DNA of 64,000 nucleotides from Pseudovirgaria hyperparasitica. Lineage: Eukaryota. The position numbers and the translations under genes are program-made. Shown piece by piece: positions 51,065-61,910 of this stretch (positions are counted from its first letter, which is position 1; every line of letters starts with the position of its first letter). The DNA lies in the NCBI GenBank assembly GCA_010093815.1, contig ML996566.1; one strand, 5' to 3'. The notes beneath the pieces are model-generated. The model saw nothing but the letters and a program-made list of their open reading frames with translations. It did not search any database and was not told the DNA's origin.

Positions 51065-52700
51065 TCAGAGTCTCCAAATTTTCAATGCGCTGTCGGGAAG
51101 GCGTGCCGACGATGCGTGCGATCGTTCACTCTCGCTTTCACTTTCACTCTCGGTGTCCATGCTGGTGTTCATGTTGGTGTCCATGCTGGTTTCCATGTCA
51201 GTGTTCATGTCGGTATACCTGTCGGTGTCGTTGGCTTCTGAATCGTCTTCGGAACTCGACTCTGAGTCGGAGCCTGAGCTTGAGTCCGAGTCTGAACTTG
51301 AGCTCGATGTATCGTGCGCGCAGTACGGCGCATTGTAGTCCGGCGCCGACGCTGTCGCCACCACATTCCCACACGTATGCACCAACACCGACGTCACGGG
51401 ATCTGTACACATCCATCAGCATATACCCTCACTAACAACTCAAACCGCGCCCGTAAATCGCACTACCACAGCCGCCCAGCATGAGAAGAAAACTCACCAT
51501 CATGTGCCTTCCACGCTGCTATCGGCAATATCTCACCCTCAGTTACATGCGGATCCTTCCACACCCGTACCCGCCCATCCGTGCCACCCGCCCAGACCTC
51601 CCACCCAGCACCCACAGCCACAACGTCAAAGCCTAGTTTCTGATTCGTCTGCGCAGCACGTCCGCTGAGCCAACTCAGGCGCTTTCCGTTGCGAATATCG
51701 TAGATGAGGGCGATGTCGCTGCGACGGCAGCCGGCTAGGAAGTAGTTTCCGCAAGGGCTCCATGAGACTTGCGTTATGCCGCCACCAGGGTGAGGTGAAG
51801 TGGTTGAGGAGGAGGAAGCAAAAGAAGAAGAGGAGAAGGAGGGGTTGATATTGAATGTCGTGATGACCTCGCCGCGGCCCTCGGATGCGTACAGTCCGAT
51901 GTTGTTGAGCAGGGTGCCAGCGGCCAGGGTGGACGTCGACGGGCATATGGCGAGGCTGGAGATAATGCCGCGCATGCCGCGGCGGCCGGAGATTGCGGCG
52001 CGACTTTTAGCGGGCGCTGTACGGTGCGATTCAAGGGGCAGGCTGCCTGGGACGGCGAGATCATGAACTGTGATGAGAGAGGTGCAGCCAGAGATGAAGA
52101 GGGATGGAGAGGAAGGAGAGAAGAGGAGAGCGTGCGGGGAGCGATAGGCCTCGTTAGCCGGAGAGATGATCTTGTATGTTGCAATCGGGGGGGCATTGAA
52201 GAGGGCGTTAGTGAGGCGCAAGGGTAGGTCGAGTGGGGAGGAAAGGACAAGGCATGTGGAGGTGTCGAAGAGGCTGAAGAGAGAATAGGGTGTGAAGGCG
52301 TGGATTTGTACCGGTAGCTGGTACGTGAAGTATGGTGATAGATTGATGTGACTGGGAGATTCGAGGAGGTTTGGTGGTCTGGTATTTGGTCAGTGATTAT
52401 ACGCTGGACAGGAGTTGTAAGAGGCATACAAGACGAATGTTGACAGACGATTTCTGCGACCGTCAGAGCTGGTCAAAACACAAGTCCCATCCGTAGACCT
52501 GCATTCAAGTCAGACATTGTGGTTCTTGCAGTAGAGGGTGTTTTACGATTTCCTTTCAGTTACCATTGAGCGCGGCCAATGCCTCCATCGTTCGTATCTC
52601 CATTGGAGGCGACTGACGATGCAATACATATCGGATTGAAAGCAGTCGAAGCTTCGTCCATGGGTGTTTCCAAGCCAACCTGCGCAATGCTATCTGCCAT
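51065..52700 (-). CDS. WD40 protein of the Swt21/TCAB1 (WRAP53) family, multi-exon
   Basis: RAQW|STDGTCVLTSSD, PLRLTNAL, NEAYRSPHAL, GMRGIISSLA, GGGITQVSWSPCGNY, TNQKLGFDV, WAGGTDGRVRVW and AHD|PVTSVLVH; acidic insert and terminal DSALKIW. Confidence 0.85.
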
Positions 52701-52914
52701 ACTCGATTGTGTCGAAATTTCACATCTTCGTTGCAAACAGAGAGATGTTGTAAGCGAAACAAAACAAACGAAGCTCTCCCACACAATCTCGCTAGCCCCA
52801 CTAAAACTTTCTCGTAGGGCTGAACTGACCCACAGCTATCAGGAGCTATGACCACCTCCCTCCAAAACTACAAACCACTAGTCATTAACATCACCACTTT
52901 CTTCGCTCAACACA

Positions 52915-53881
52915 ATGACCTCTCCACCCTCCCTCTCCACGCCAAATACCCCAATCCTCCACTCCCCATATGTACTCTCTCTCCTCGTAAGTCGTGCTCT
53001 CCCCAAATTCTCCCTTCCACTCATTCGCTCCCAAAACTGACACACCTCTCCACCAGTCCGGCGGTCTCGCTGGCACCACCGTCGACCTCTCCCTATACCC
53101 ACTCGACACGCTCAAAACGCGCCTCCAGTCTACACAGGGCTTCCTCGCTTCGGGCGGCTTCAACGGCATATACCGGGGCGTGGGCTCCGCGCTGATCGGC
53201 TCTGCGCCGGGCGCCGCGCTATTCTTCGTCACCTACGACAGCGTCAAAGCGACGCTGCTGCCACTGACACAGACACAAACACAGACACGAGACAGACACA
53301 CCAATGCGCTCGTGCACATGTTTGCAGCGAGTGTGGGCGAAGTAGCAGCGTGTGCGGTACGCGTGCCGACGGAGGTGGTCAAGCAGCGGGCGCAGGCCGG
53401 GCTACACGCGAGCAGTCTGGACGCGCTGCGGCATATACTGCGGCTGCGGGGCACGGCCGGGTTTGCGCGTATGTGGGCAGAGCTGTATCGTGGGTGGGGC
53501 ATTACGGTGATGCGAGAGGTGCCGTTCACAGTGATTCAGTTTCCGCTATGGGAGGCGCTGAAGAGCTGGGGTGCGGTGCGGAATGGGGGGAGGAAGGTTG
53601 GTGCCGGAGAGAGTGCTGTGTATGGGAGTGTGAGTGGTGCAGTGGCGGCTGGTGTGACGACGCCGTTGGATGTACTGAAGACGCGGATGATGTTGGCGCG
53701 GGAGAAGGTTGGAACGAGGGAGTTGCTGAAGGCGATATTGAGGGAAAGTGGACCCAGGGCGTTCTTTGCGGGGATAGGGCCGCGGGTTTTCTGGATCAGT
53801 GCGGGAGGTGCCATATTCTTAGGGAGTTATCAGTGGGCGGCAAATGCGCTTGGTGGAGTGGAGGAGGAGGATGCGCCGTGA
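52915..53881 (+). CDS. PET8: Mitochondrial S-adenosylmethionine carrier, 2 exons
   Basis: Intron 52987-53056. Three carrier repeats YPLDTLKTRLQ, VPTEVVKQRAQ and TPLDVLKTRMM; also GSAPGAALFF and REVPFTVIQFPLWE. Confidence 0.93.
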
Positions 53882-53979
53882 GGAGAGGAAGAGTCGGGGT
53901 AACGACGTGGAGATCAAGTATAGATTACTGATAGACACTGCATACTCATAGTATCCAATATCTGTACGGTCTTGACGTA

Positions 53980-56900
53980 CTACTTTTCACTACTCCGACT
54001 CCCCGCCTCGCTCAGCGTCATTGCACTCGCCGCATCCCCCTCTGTCATCTCGAGAGTCCTCGCAGTCGGTGCATGCTGAATCTCCTTCCTTCCATTCGCC
54101 TTATAGTACAACAAGACATCACCTCCACCGCGCCACACATGGGTCCGCATAGTGGCAAGCGTCATCGTCATCGGAACGAGCTTATCATTACAGTACAGCT
54201 CGAGATAATCCTCGGGCTTGAGTGCATCCTCAGGGGGGTTTTCTTCTGCAGGTTCGATGCGCTCAGCGACATACGCAAGGATCTTGCGCGCGCGGAGCAT
54301 ACGATTTGCATTTAGACGGTTATTGCTGCGATAGATCAGTATGAAAACATAAGGCTGGACCGGCTTGACATACCCATCAGTGGCGACGACCGGGAGGAGG
54401 TTTTGATATGGCTCGAGGACGAAGGATACCTTAACAATGTCTTTGAAGGGTATGGTGTTCTGATTCTGTTAGTCCATATTCTTGGAGAAAGACAGATACA
54501 TACTCGGAGTAAGACTTCCCCTAGCCACATCGGCGCAACTTTCTCAATCAAATCTGCCTGCTGTGCCAAAGTGCCGACTTGGCCTTCGAAAAGATCAGCA
54601 ACACCGCCCGAGTCAGGCCGATCCTCTTGTATCAAGATTGTTGTGTTGAGCGGCGGCTTCAATACCGGTGTATCATTTGGCAGACTCGGTGTGATACCAG
54701 TCGTTAAGTTCTCGGGATGCTCCGGATTCTGTAACTGATCCTCATATCCATGCTTGATTCTCTGCAGCACACCATAGAAACTGTCCTCTACAATACGATC
54801 ATCCGTCTTAGTCGATTGAGAATCAGAGTCTTCCTTTTTCTCTTCGACCACTACTGGCTTGTCTACTTCGTTCGTCCTCTCCTTCCCAAGCTTTTTCATA
54901 CCGAAAGCCATGCGAAATTTCTTGCCCCCAAAAAAACCCTCTTTGCCGGGGCCTTTCTCGTCAGATGGTGAGATTGGAGTCTGCGTCTCGTCGTGGCTCT
55001 CCGAGACCCTTTCATGCGCTGCACCCCCGGGTGTCGTAGGAGTTTTTGATGTGTTCGCCACAGAGAAATAGTCTGCGCCGCCTTTATCGGCTGAAGTCCG
55101 CGGCTGGCTTTGACCGGTGATGCTTTTCTCAAGTGGAGCGCTCTCTTCCAAGGTCGGTGATAGTGCGCCGCCAGATTGCCCATTCAGTGCAGCAAGGCTA
55201 TTGGACGTCACAACTGGATGCAGACCAGGTGTGGCAATGCCAATGTGGAGGCCAGGGGTCGTGACTAGTAATTTCCCATTCGCTCGCAGTGTAGATCCTG
55301 AGCCTGGCCCAAGACCTCCGTGATTCCAACTCGTCAACCCAGCATTGGGTAGCGCAATACTTGGTGGCGCATTGGGTCGCTGGATTGATGGCTGACCAGC
55401 GCGGACAACCGACTGTCGTATGACTTCATCTCTCTTGATCTCCTCGTCAATGAGGTTAGAGAAAAGATATCGGAGGACCCATTTGCCAAGATTAACTATG
55501 CGGCGTTAACCTATATCCTTCAATCGTCAGGCTGACGGAAGTGGTACTCACTCCTCTGGTCTTCCCGGAATTCAATATCCTCTTCCATAGGCACTTCATC
55601 TGCGTACATTTCCGCATCAAAACAGTAATTTTCTTCTAGTGCACATGTCAGGCTTCCTGTCCGAGTGTCGACTGCGCACCAATGCGCCACGGACTCAGTG
55701 GTGTTGACCTCCGGTAATACGTCTTCTAGATGGCGTTTGCCGAATGATTTGACCGGAACACACTGGCGTACTGTAAGTATCTCGCCCCGCCATTTTGTGA
55801 TTGAAACTCACATGTAAAAGGTCCCAGAGCATCACCTCGCCAGCAGTATCTAACGTGAGCACTCGTCTTCGATCGTTCAGCAAGACATGCTTGATAAGAC
55901 CGTTTTGTCCTTCGATAGAATCATCCGGAAGATTTCGAATAGGAACAATGCTTATGACTTCAGGCTCTGCTATCATATCAGATGTTCTCCGTATCATAGG
56001 TTGGGACTGAGAGAGTGAGTCCGAATCCTTGAGTGGGCCCTGGAACACCGGAAAGGGGGCTGTATTGGATATGCGCAGCATTGAGTGAATTGGGAGTTTC
56101 TCGGCTTCCGATGTTTCAACATTTGTGGTTGGCGGAGAAGGATACCGCGACCTCGTGGTACCTACACTCATACGATGGAACCTATAGTTGTCCGGTAGCG
56201 CAATCTCGGCCTCAGTGTTTACGTCTTTGTACCGGTTGATGCTCGAGCTTGAAGTCGCCGTCCAGAGGTAATCGCCTGCACTGATGACCTTGTTAACACC
56301 ATTATGCTCCTGACATACAGCAACAGAGAGCCCTTGATCCATTTCTGTACAATTACGGACATCTGTTTTGGCGACCAGACCTGAGCGATCACTCGAGTAG
56401 AAGACCGAGAGTTGAGGATGGTTGGAGTAGAGGGACCAGACACTATCATGGTGCATCGTCAACGTGTACATGCATCTTCCTGCAGTCATCGACCAGACCT
56501 TGACAGTCTGGTCGGATGAAGCTGTCAATAGCATATCGCCATTGTGATTGATCAGAATATCCCGAACATTGTCTGTATGTCCGACGAAGTTGGTGACGCG
56601 CTTCCCTGATCTTGGGTCCCATACCCGCACAACACTTTCTGGACCACCACTAGCGAGCAGAGTCTCGGATGCAGCGAGCGCATACACCGAGCCCTTTTCT
56701 TTGTTCGAGTCTTCTCCAACTGATATCTGCGACTGTTGGCCTGTTCCATTCAGGTCCCACAGACATATCTTCCTGTCCAAGCCACCAGACGCCACCCAAC
56801 CTGATTGTGGTCCTGGCGATGCAAGACACTTGACATAGTCGCTATGAAGGCCAATTGTTTGTGGGGAGAGGTTGTCTTGGGAGTTCGGGCGCCAGAGCTT

Positions 56901-57320
56901 GACGGTGATGTCGGACGAGGCTGAGATCAAGGCATCGTTGTTCTGGGCGAGAACGATGTCGTTGATCCAATGGGTATGGGCTTGGACTTGCTGACGAAAA
57001 GAGGTCGCGGGAGGCTTTTCAGGACTATCTGTCAAGCTCAAGTTGAGGTTGAGGTCCCAGGCGCATATGACGCCATCTCGACCTCCGGAGTAGCTATCGA
57101 TAGGTCAGCGGCAGTTCCCATGCAGGTACGGGGCTGACAAGCGCACAGAATCGAATTGGCGGAATCAACAGCGAGGCCATTGACTCCGAGTCGGTGACCT
57201 CCAGCAGAGTTTGCGAGAGGCAGCACTGCGTAGCGCGATAACGGTTAGCGTTGAGAGGTCGGTATTGGTTAGAGAGATGAGCAGACCATAGGAGATGCGC
57301 TTTCGGGCGTTACGACCCAT
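53980..57320 (-). CDS. WDR48/UAF1 (Duf1/Bun107-like) WD40 deubiquitinase cofactor, multi-exon
   Basis: [56 protein letters not shown] and GHTDNVR; C-terminal [33 protein letters not shown]. Confidence 0.92.
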
Positions 57321-57892
57321 TCGGTCGGTTCAGTTTCGTGATAGCATAGGCTGAAAGCTGGATTTGAGCAAGATGATATCCAGCCAGGCTCTTCAGATGC
57401 TGAGTAATGGTTTAGTATGTGCAAGGGAGATCGTTTGGTGTTGCGGCGTGTCCTGACTCTCGGCCTGGCCTGGTAGAATAGATGTTGGGTGTGTCTGTGG
57501 GGGCACCGGGGCACAGAGACACTGGGACCGGCACTCATTCAAACTTGAAGGGCAGAGGATGGATTTGCTGAGCGAGAGTGTAGTGTATATCGTCTCAAGT
57601 CTTTTCATGATATGAAACAGTGCTACTTCGTAGGAGCTAAATCACACTTGACTTACTTGTACGACTGCTTCTTGTTCAGCTACTGAAGCTTCTAGTGCCG
57701 TTCGATCGCCGCCCCACATGATGCACTACACTGCTACAGCAGTTTAGTGGCGGTGCAGCACGTGGCGCATGACATCGTAGGGCAGAGCAGGGCATTTGGT
57801 TTCACAAGCCATGCTTCTCGCTTCACTACCACTACAACCTCCTCGTCTTTTACTCATACATGTTTGCTCTTCCACCAGTAATTTCCCGTCCA

Positions 57893-60286
57893 TCAATGAA
57901 CTCCATTGACTGGATCCTGCAGGCTCAGGAGCTCGTCCTTATGCCTCCTGTACGCTTCTTGCGCTTCACGTTCTCTCCGATTGATATGTGTAACCTCCTC
58001 TCGAAGTGCATCCAATCTTCGAGGTATAGCCGACGTCTCATACATCTGCTTCGTCCGCAGCGTATCGAGCTCTGTGCGCGTCTTCTCCAGCGCATCTGCT
58101 GCGTCAACAATCTTCTGTCGTAGTACCTTTGCTCGTTGCTGATACCCGCCCATGTGTAAAGCTAGCTTCTTCTCAATCTTATTCCCACTCTCCGCGGACG
58201 TCACAATTTCCTCTTGCAGATTCTGCTTCCTCGTTAGCTCTGAACGTATCATATGTAACGTGGGACAACCTACATCGAATGTCTCTAGCATGAGCTGGTG
58301 TTCGTCCACCTCGTCTTCGCCATATTCTGCAAGTCCCGGTAGAACAGATCTGCCATGAAGCTCCGTCCAAGCCTGTTCGAAAGCTTGTGTATTCTGTGTG
58401 ACTCCTGCAGAGGTAATCTCTAGTGCTATTTCCTGTCGCGCCTTATCCATCACGCTGTCATCGAACTTTTGCAGGGGCCTTGCCTTGCCCACGATTTGGC
58501 CTGAGCTGGAGCTGTTCACATCATGTGCGATCAGTAATGCCATTTCCTTTTCCACTGCCTTTTCGATGGGGCTTTCAATTTCAGCGACATGCTTGAGCAT
58601 TGCATCAAGATCGAAGATCGAAGGTCGAGGAAGAGCCCTCTGGACGACCTGTGTTTGGCGCTTGAACTCTGCAAGCTCTGCAGCTTTCCGTAACGCTGCA
58701 TTCCTTCGATCGCGCTCCGCCGCGTCTTCTTCAGAAAGCTCTACTTCCATCTGTTCTTGTCGCTCTTCTGGTAGTTCAAAGTCCCATTCGGTTTCTTTTG
58801 GTTTCGGCAGAGCAGCGAGCTGCCCCTTCAATCCTTGTCGGAGTGCATTCTCCCTTTGCCGAATCTCTTTGGGTGTCTGGCCCACCAGCTCCATGCTACC
58901 CTCTGCATTCAGCCGGAAATTATCTCTTGGTGTTCGCATTGGTGTCGCCGATGGCCCACCTGGCGTAGCGCCTACACTACCACCTTGCCGGTATGGTGTG
59001 GCCATAGGATTTGGGGTGACGAGGGCTTGTCTTGCCGGAGTCGCACCTGCAAAACCTGTTGACCCAGAGCCTTCGTGCATTGGTGTGTTCTCTCCTCCAA
59101 GTAGGGCAGACTGCGTCTCTGTCCGGGCTCGGGCATTTTTAATCTCGTTGGCTATGCGGTCCTCCTCTTGTGGTGCTCGAGGCGTTCGAATCGGCGTTCC
59201 ACCAACAATGCCTGAGTAGCTGCCTATCAGTCCTCTTGTGGCGTCATTCTCACCAGCGCTGGCGATCCTGCTTGCACGCTCTCCAGCCATACCCATCTTG
59301 ACGATATCTTCCAACTCGCTTTCACCAACTTGAGGTGTCGGCAGGACGAGTGTCCTTCTTTTACTGCTCTGTTCTGCTTCTCTAATTCGCTGAGCCTGTC
59401 CAGCCTTGGCAGCCGCAGCATATGCTGCTGCAGACCCGGTAGTCTTATCGTTCTTCTGGCGTTTGCGATTATCGCCATCATCTTCTGGGTCACCCTTGCG
59501 TTTGTTTGCTAGCTGCTGCTTTCGAGGATCGAAAGCTTCACGTTCCTTCTCATTGACCTCAGCTTCGTCTCGAGTATCGAAGAAACCCTCTGCAGGTGCC
59601 TTCTCAAAGGGTATGTCCGCATTGTAGTCCATCTGCCCCTTCTTGCGGTATGTTATCTTGATGTTTATGCCAGCATTCTTGAGCTCACGACGTTTCTGCA
59701 GCAAAGCCAAGCGTCTTGACTCCTCCAGCTGTCGTTCACGGGCTTTCCGCTTAGCTTTTTTCCCTTGTGTATTGGCCAGACGCGCTCGAGCTTCACTAAG
59801 CATCTCTTTCTCATCTTCGTCGAGGTCGATTGTATCAGGGCGTGCAGGTTTCGATTCGGGGTCGGGATCCAACTCGCCGGGCCTCAGCTTGCGCACATCG
59901 TCCGCTGACGGCGCGGCAGTCTCTCCACCTTCTGGACCCCCCAAAGCTAGTTCATCGTTTTCGCGCGCCTCCGCTTCATCCAAGAGCTTCTGGTATCGTT
60001 CGAGACATTGTGTGGCAGTCCGGCCAACGATTGGTGCAATCGTCCGCCATTGTGTTGGCATCAACTTTGCGAGGTGTAGCAGTTTCTCGTCCTCTTCCTT
60101 GCTGAATTCTACCTTCCGTATATTTGGATCCAGCCATTCATGCCATCTTGCTTTGCATTGTTTCGGTGTTTTCCGTGCGAGGAGTGAGGATACACGTGCC
60201 CACTGATTCAGGCCATACTTCGATACACTGGCCTTGAGGATCTCATCCTCGATATTCGTCCACACACCTCCCTTTACGACAGGCAT
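57893..60286 (-). CDS. CEF1: Pre-mRNA splicing factor Cef1/Cdc5 (Myb repeats; NTC core)
   Basis: [75 protein letters not shown]. One 51-nt in-frame intron at 58223-58273. Confidence 0.97.
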   Translation of the reverse strand: MPVVKGGVWTNIEDEILKASVSKYGLNQWARVSSLLARKTPKQCKARWHEWLDPNIRKVEFSKEEDEKLLHLAKLMPTQWRTIAPIVGRTATQCLERYQKLLDEAEARENDELALGGPEGGETAAPSADDVRKLRPGELDPDPESKPARPDTIDLDEDEKEMLSEARARLANTQGKKAKRKARERQLEESRRLALLQKRRELKNAGINIKITYRKKGQMDYNADIPFEKAPAEGFFDTRDEAEVNEKEREAFDPRKQQLANKRKGDPEDDGDNRKRQKNDKTTGSAAAYAAAAKAGQAQRIREAEQSSKRRTLVLPTPQVGESELEDIVKMGMAGERASRIASAGENDATRGLIGSYSGIVGGTPIRTPRAPQEEDRIANEIKNARARTETQSALLGGENTPMHEGSGSTGFAGATPARQALVTPNPMATPYRQGGSVGATPGGPSATPMRTPRDNFRLNAEGSMELVGQTPKEIRQRENALRQGLKGQLAALPKPKETEWDFELPEERQEQMEVELSEEDAAERDRRNAALRKAAELAEFKRQTQVVQRALPRPSIFDLDAMLKHVAEIESPIEKAVEKEMALLIAHDVNSSSSGQIVGKARPLQKFDDSVMDKARQEIALEITSAGVTQNTQAFEQAWTELHGRSVLPGLAEYGEDEVDEHQLMLETFDVGCPTLHMIRSELTRKQNLQEEIVTSAESGNKIEKKLALHMGGYQQRAKVLRQKIVDAADALEKTRTELDTLRTKQMYETSAIPRRLDALREEVTHINRREREAQEAYRRHKDELLSLQDPVNGVH

Positions 60287-60698
60287 TGTGGAAGGTACTG
60301 CAAAGATGGTGCTATACAGTACGGCATATGCTATAAAGGAGTGAGGATAATGTGATGTCGAAGTCTAGATGGAAGAGAGCTGTTCACGCGCATTGACGGG
60401 CGACGTGAACTTTGGAAATCGCAGAAGGTACCAGCGCGACCTCCGAGGTTTACGCGATCCGGGTACCTTCATGCTGAGAAATGCTGAATGGGTTACGTAA
60501 AAGCCATCACGGGTCAGCCAGGGCTCATGAATTACTAGGTAATCACTCCATCAACATGACATACCAGCGCGCCTCTACGCAACCAAGACTTTGTCATCCA
60601 ATGCTGAACCAATGATGGAAGAGCTATTTGACCCCTCTGATCACGAAAACATTCGAGTTTGCAGCTTCTATTCCTTAAAATCCAGCTCAAATGTTGTC

Positions 60699-61138
60699 CA
60701 GACGTGAGCATATACAATCCGAATCTATGCAATCTCAATCTGGGCCAAAATTTTGATAGAGAATACAAGCTCAATCTACGACTCAAAATGATTGCCAAGA
60801 CGGTACAATCTTAATCTGATTGGTCAGATTAATTGTGTTAGATTAAATAAAGTGGGGTAAATAGCTGCGGGCCTAATATTAGGCCATATTTAGGCATTAT
60901 TTCTACCTAAGGCCCAAAGTCTAGCCTAAGGCACTAATATGGCAGCCTTAGGCATAAATAATGCCTAAATATAGCCTAATATAGGGCCCCGGCTATACAC
61001 CCACTTTAATTAATCTAACATAAGTAATCTTAATCCCTTAGCATAGATTCCAAGCTTAATCTATACTTTTAGGGTGACTAATCATACAATCCTAATCTAG
61101 TACTTCGGATTGTATCCGATTGTATATGCTCACGTCTG
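60699..61138. mobile_element. Non-autonomous hAT-type DNA transposon (MITE), 440 bp
   Basis: Perfect 21-bp TIRs CAGACGTGAGCATATACAATC (60699-60719; reverse complement at 61118-61138). Exact 8-bp TSD ATGTTGTC (60691-60698 and 61139-61146). AT-rich non-coding interior with repeated CAATC/AATCT motifs. Confidence 0.93.
60836..61020. repeat. Long imperfect internal inverted repeat (fold-back) inside the MITE
   Basis: TGTTAGATTAAATAAAGTGGG...ATATTTAGGCATTATTT pairs with AAATAATGCCTAAATAT...CCCACTTTAATTAATCTAACA; the arms are roughly 70-80 bp. Confidence 0.9.
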
Positions 61139-61547
61139 ATGTTGTCTACTTACAGGAGTGTGGCGAAAGCTCGTCTTCTATCAAAGAGCAGCAGACATAT
61201 CTACCGGTGTACGTCTACCACGACAACCATTGGACAGGAAACAAAGCAAGACAAAGTATATTCCTCCAAGAAAGGTGCTCTGTATTTTCACACTAAGTTC
61301 AATGTAGCACAGAACAGAAGCGGAAGCGGAAGCGGTCAACGCTAAGAAGAAAACCATAGCAGAAGTAGATGAAGAACTACGACTTAAAATGGCTGGGCTC
61401 GCCGGTGATGGAGGTGAAGCTGGTGTCGAACTTGAAGACGGCCAGCCCGTGTCCATGAAACGATCAGTTCGCGATAACATGTTTAGGTAAGTAGATGCTC
61501 CATAGCGACTTTGAGAGTTAGACTAACAGCATATCAGGTATATTTGA
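61139..61547 (+). CDS. Small fungal protein with a mitochondrial-like presequence (3 exons)
   Basis: MLSTYRSVAKARLLSKSSRHIYR..QDK|HRTEAEAEAVNAKKKTIAEVDEELRLKMAGLAGDGGEAGVELEDGQPVSMKRSVRDNMFR|YI*. Introns 61256-61307 and 61487-61537. The ATG is the first three bases of the right-hand TSD. Confidence 0.8.
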
Positions 61548-61910
61548 GCTTACCCTGAAGTATACCTATCAACATCTCCTTCGATGGTCTCTGATACTAT
61601 ATTTGGCTGTAATTTCGTAATTGTTTGTCCTGTCTGATCACAGGTCATATATGTCATTTATGCCCCTCTTGTCATAGGGCGTAGATTACGCTACCATACT
61701 TGCAGATCGGATCGGAAGCATGTAAGCTCCACCTCGCAACAGTCCCCACCTGAACACATCGCGGTGGGTCATCTTTTGTTCGATTCTCCATGATCGTAAA
61801 ATCCATTTTTGCAACGTAACACGAAGTCATTTGCGCATTGTCTCTGCCCACGGCAGTAGTGGTCACATTGAAGGTCCTTCAATCCTCTCCCAGCCAAGCA
61901 AAGGCGTCAA

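Noticed and set aside
58398..60206. Long plus-strand ORFs antisense to CEF1 (and similar shadows over other genes)
   Set aside because: Antisense shadows of codon-biased real genes.
40133..60286. Cluster of RNA-processing genes (DBR1, Swt21-like, CEF1)
   Set aside because: Separated by unrelated genes over 20 kb; compatible with chance.
60836..61020. Solo LTR (TG…CA ends)
   Set aside because: No 4-6 bp TSD. The segment is a palindrome inside a TIR/8-bp-TSD element, which explains it better.
60704..61155. Alternative splice from the TIR donor to the CAG at 61155
   Set aside because: It would shift the host frame (13 nt replaces 17 nt). The acceptor at 61100 has the better branch point and preserves the frame.
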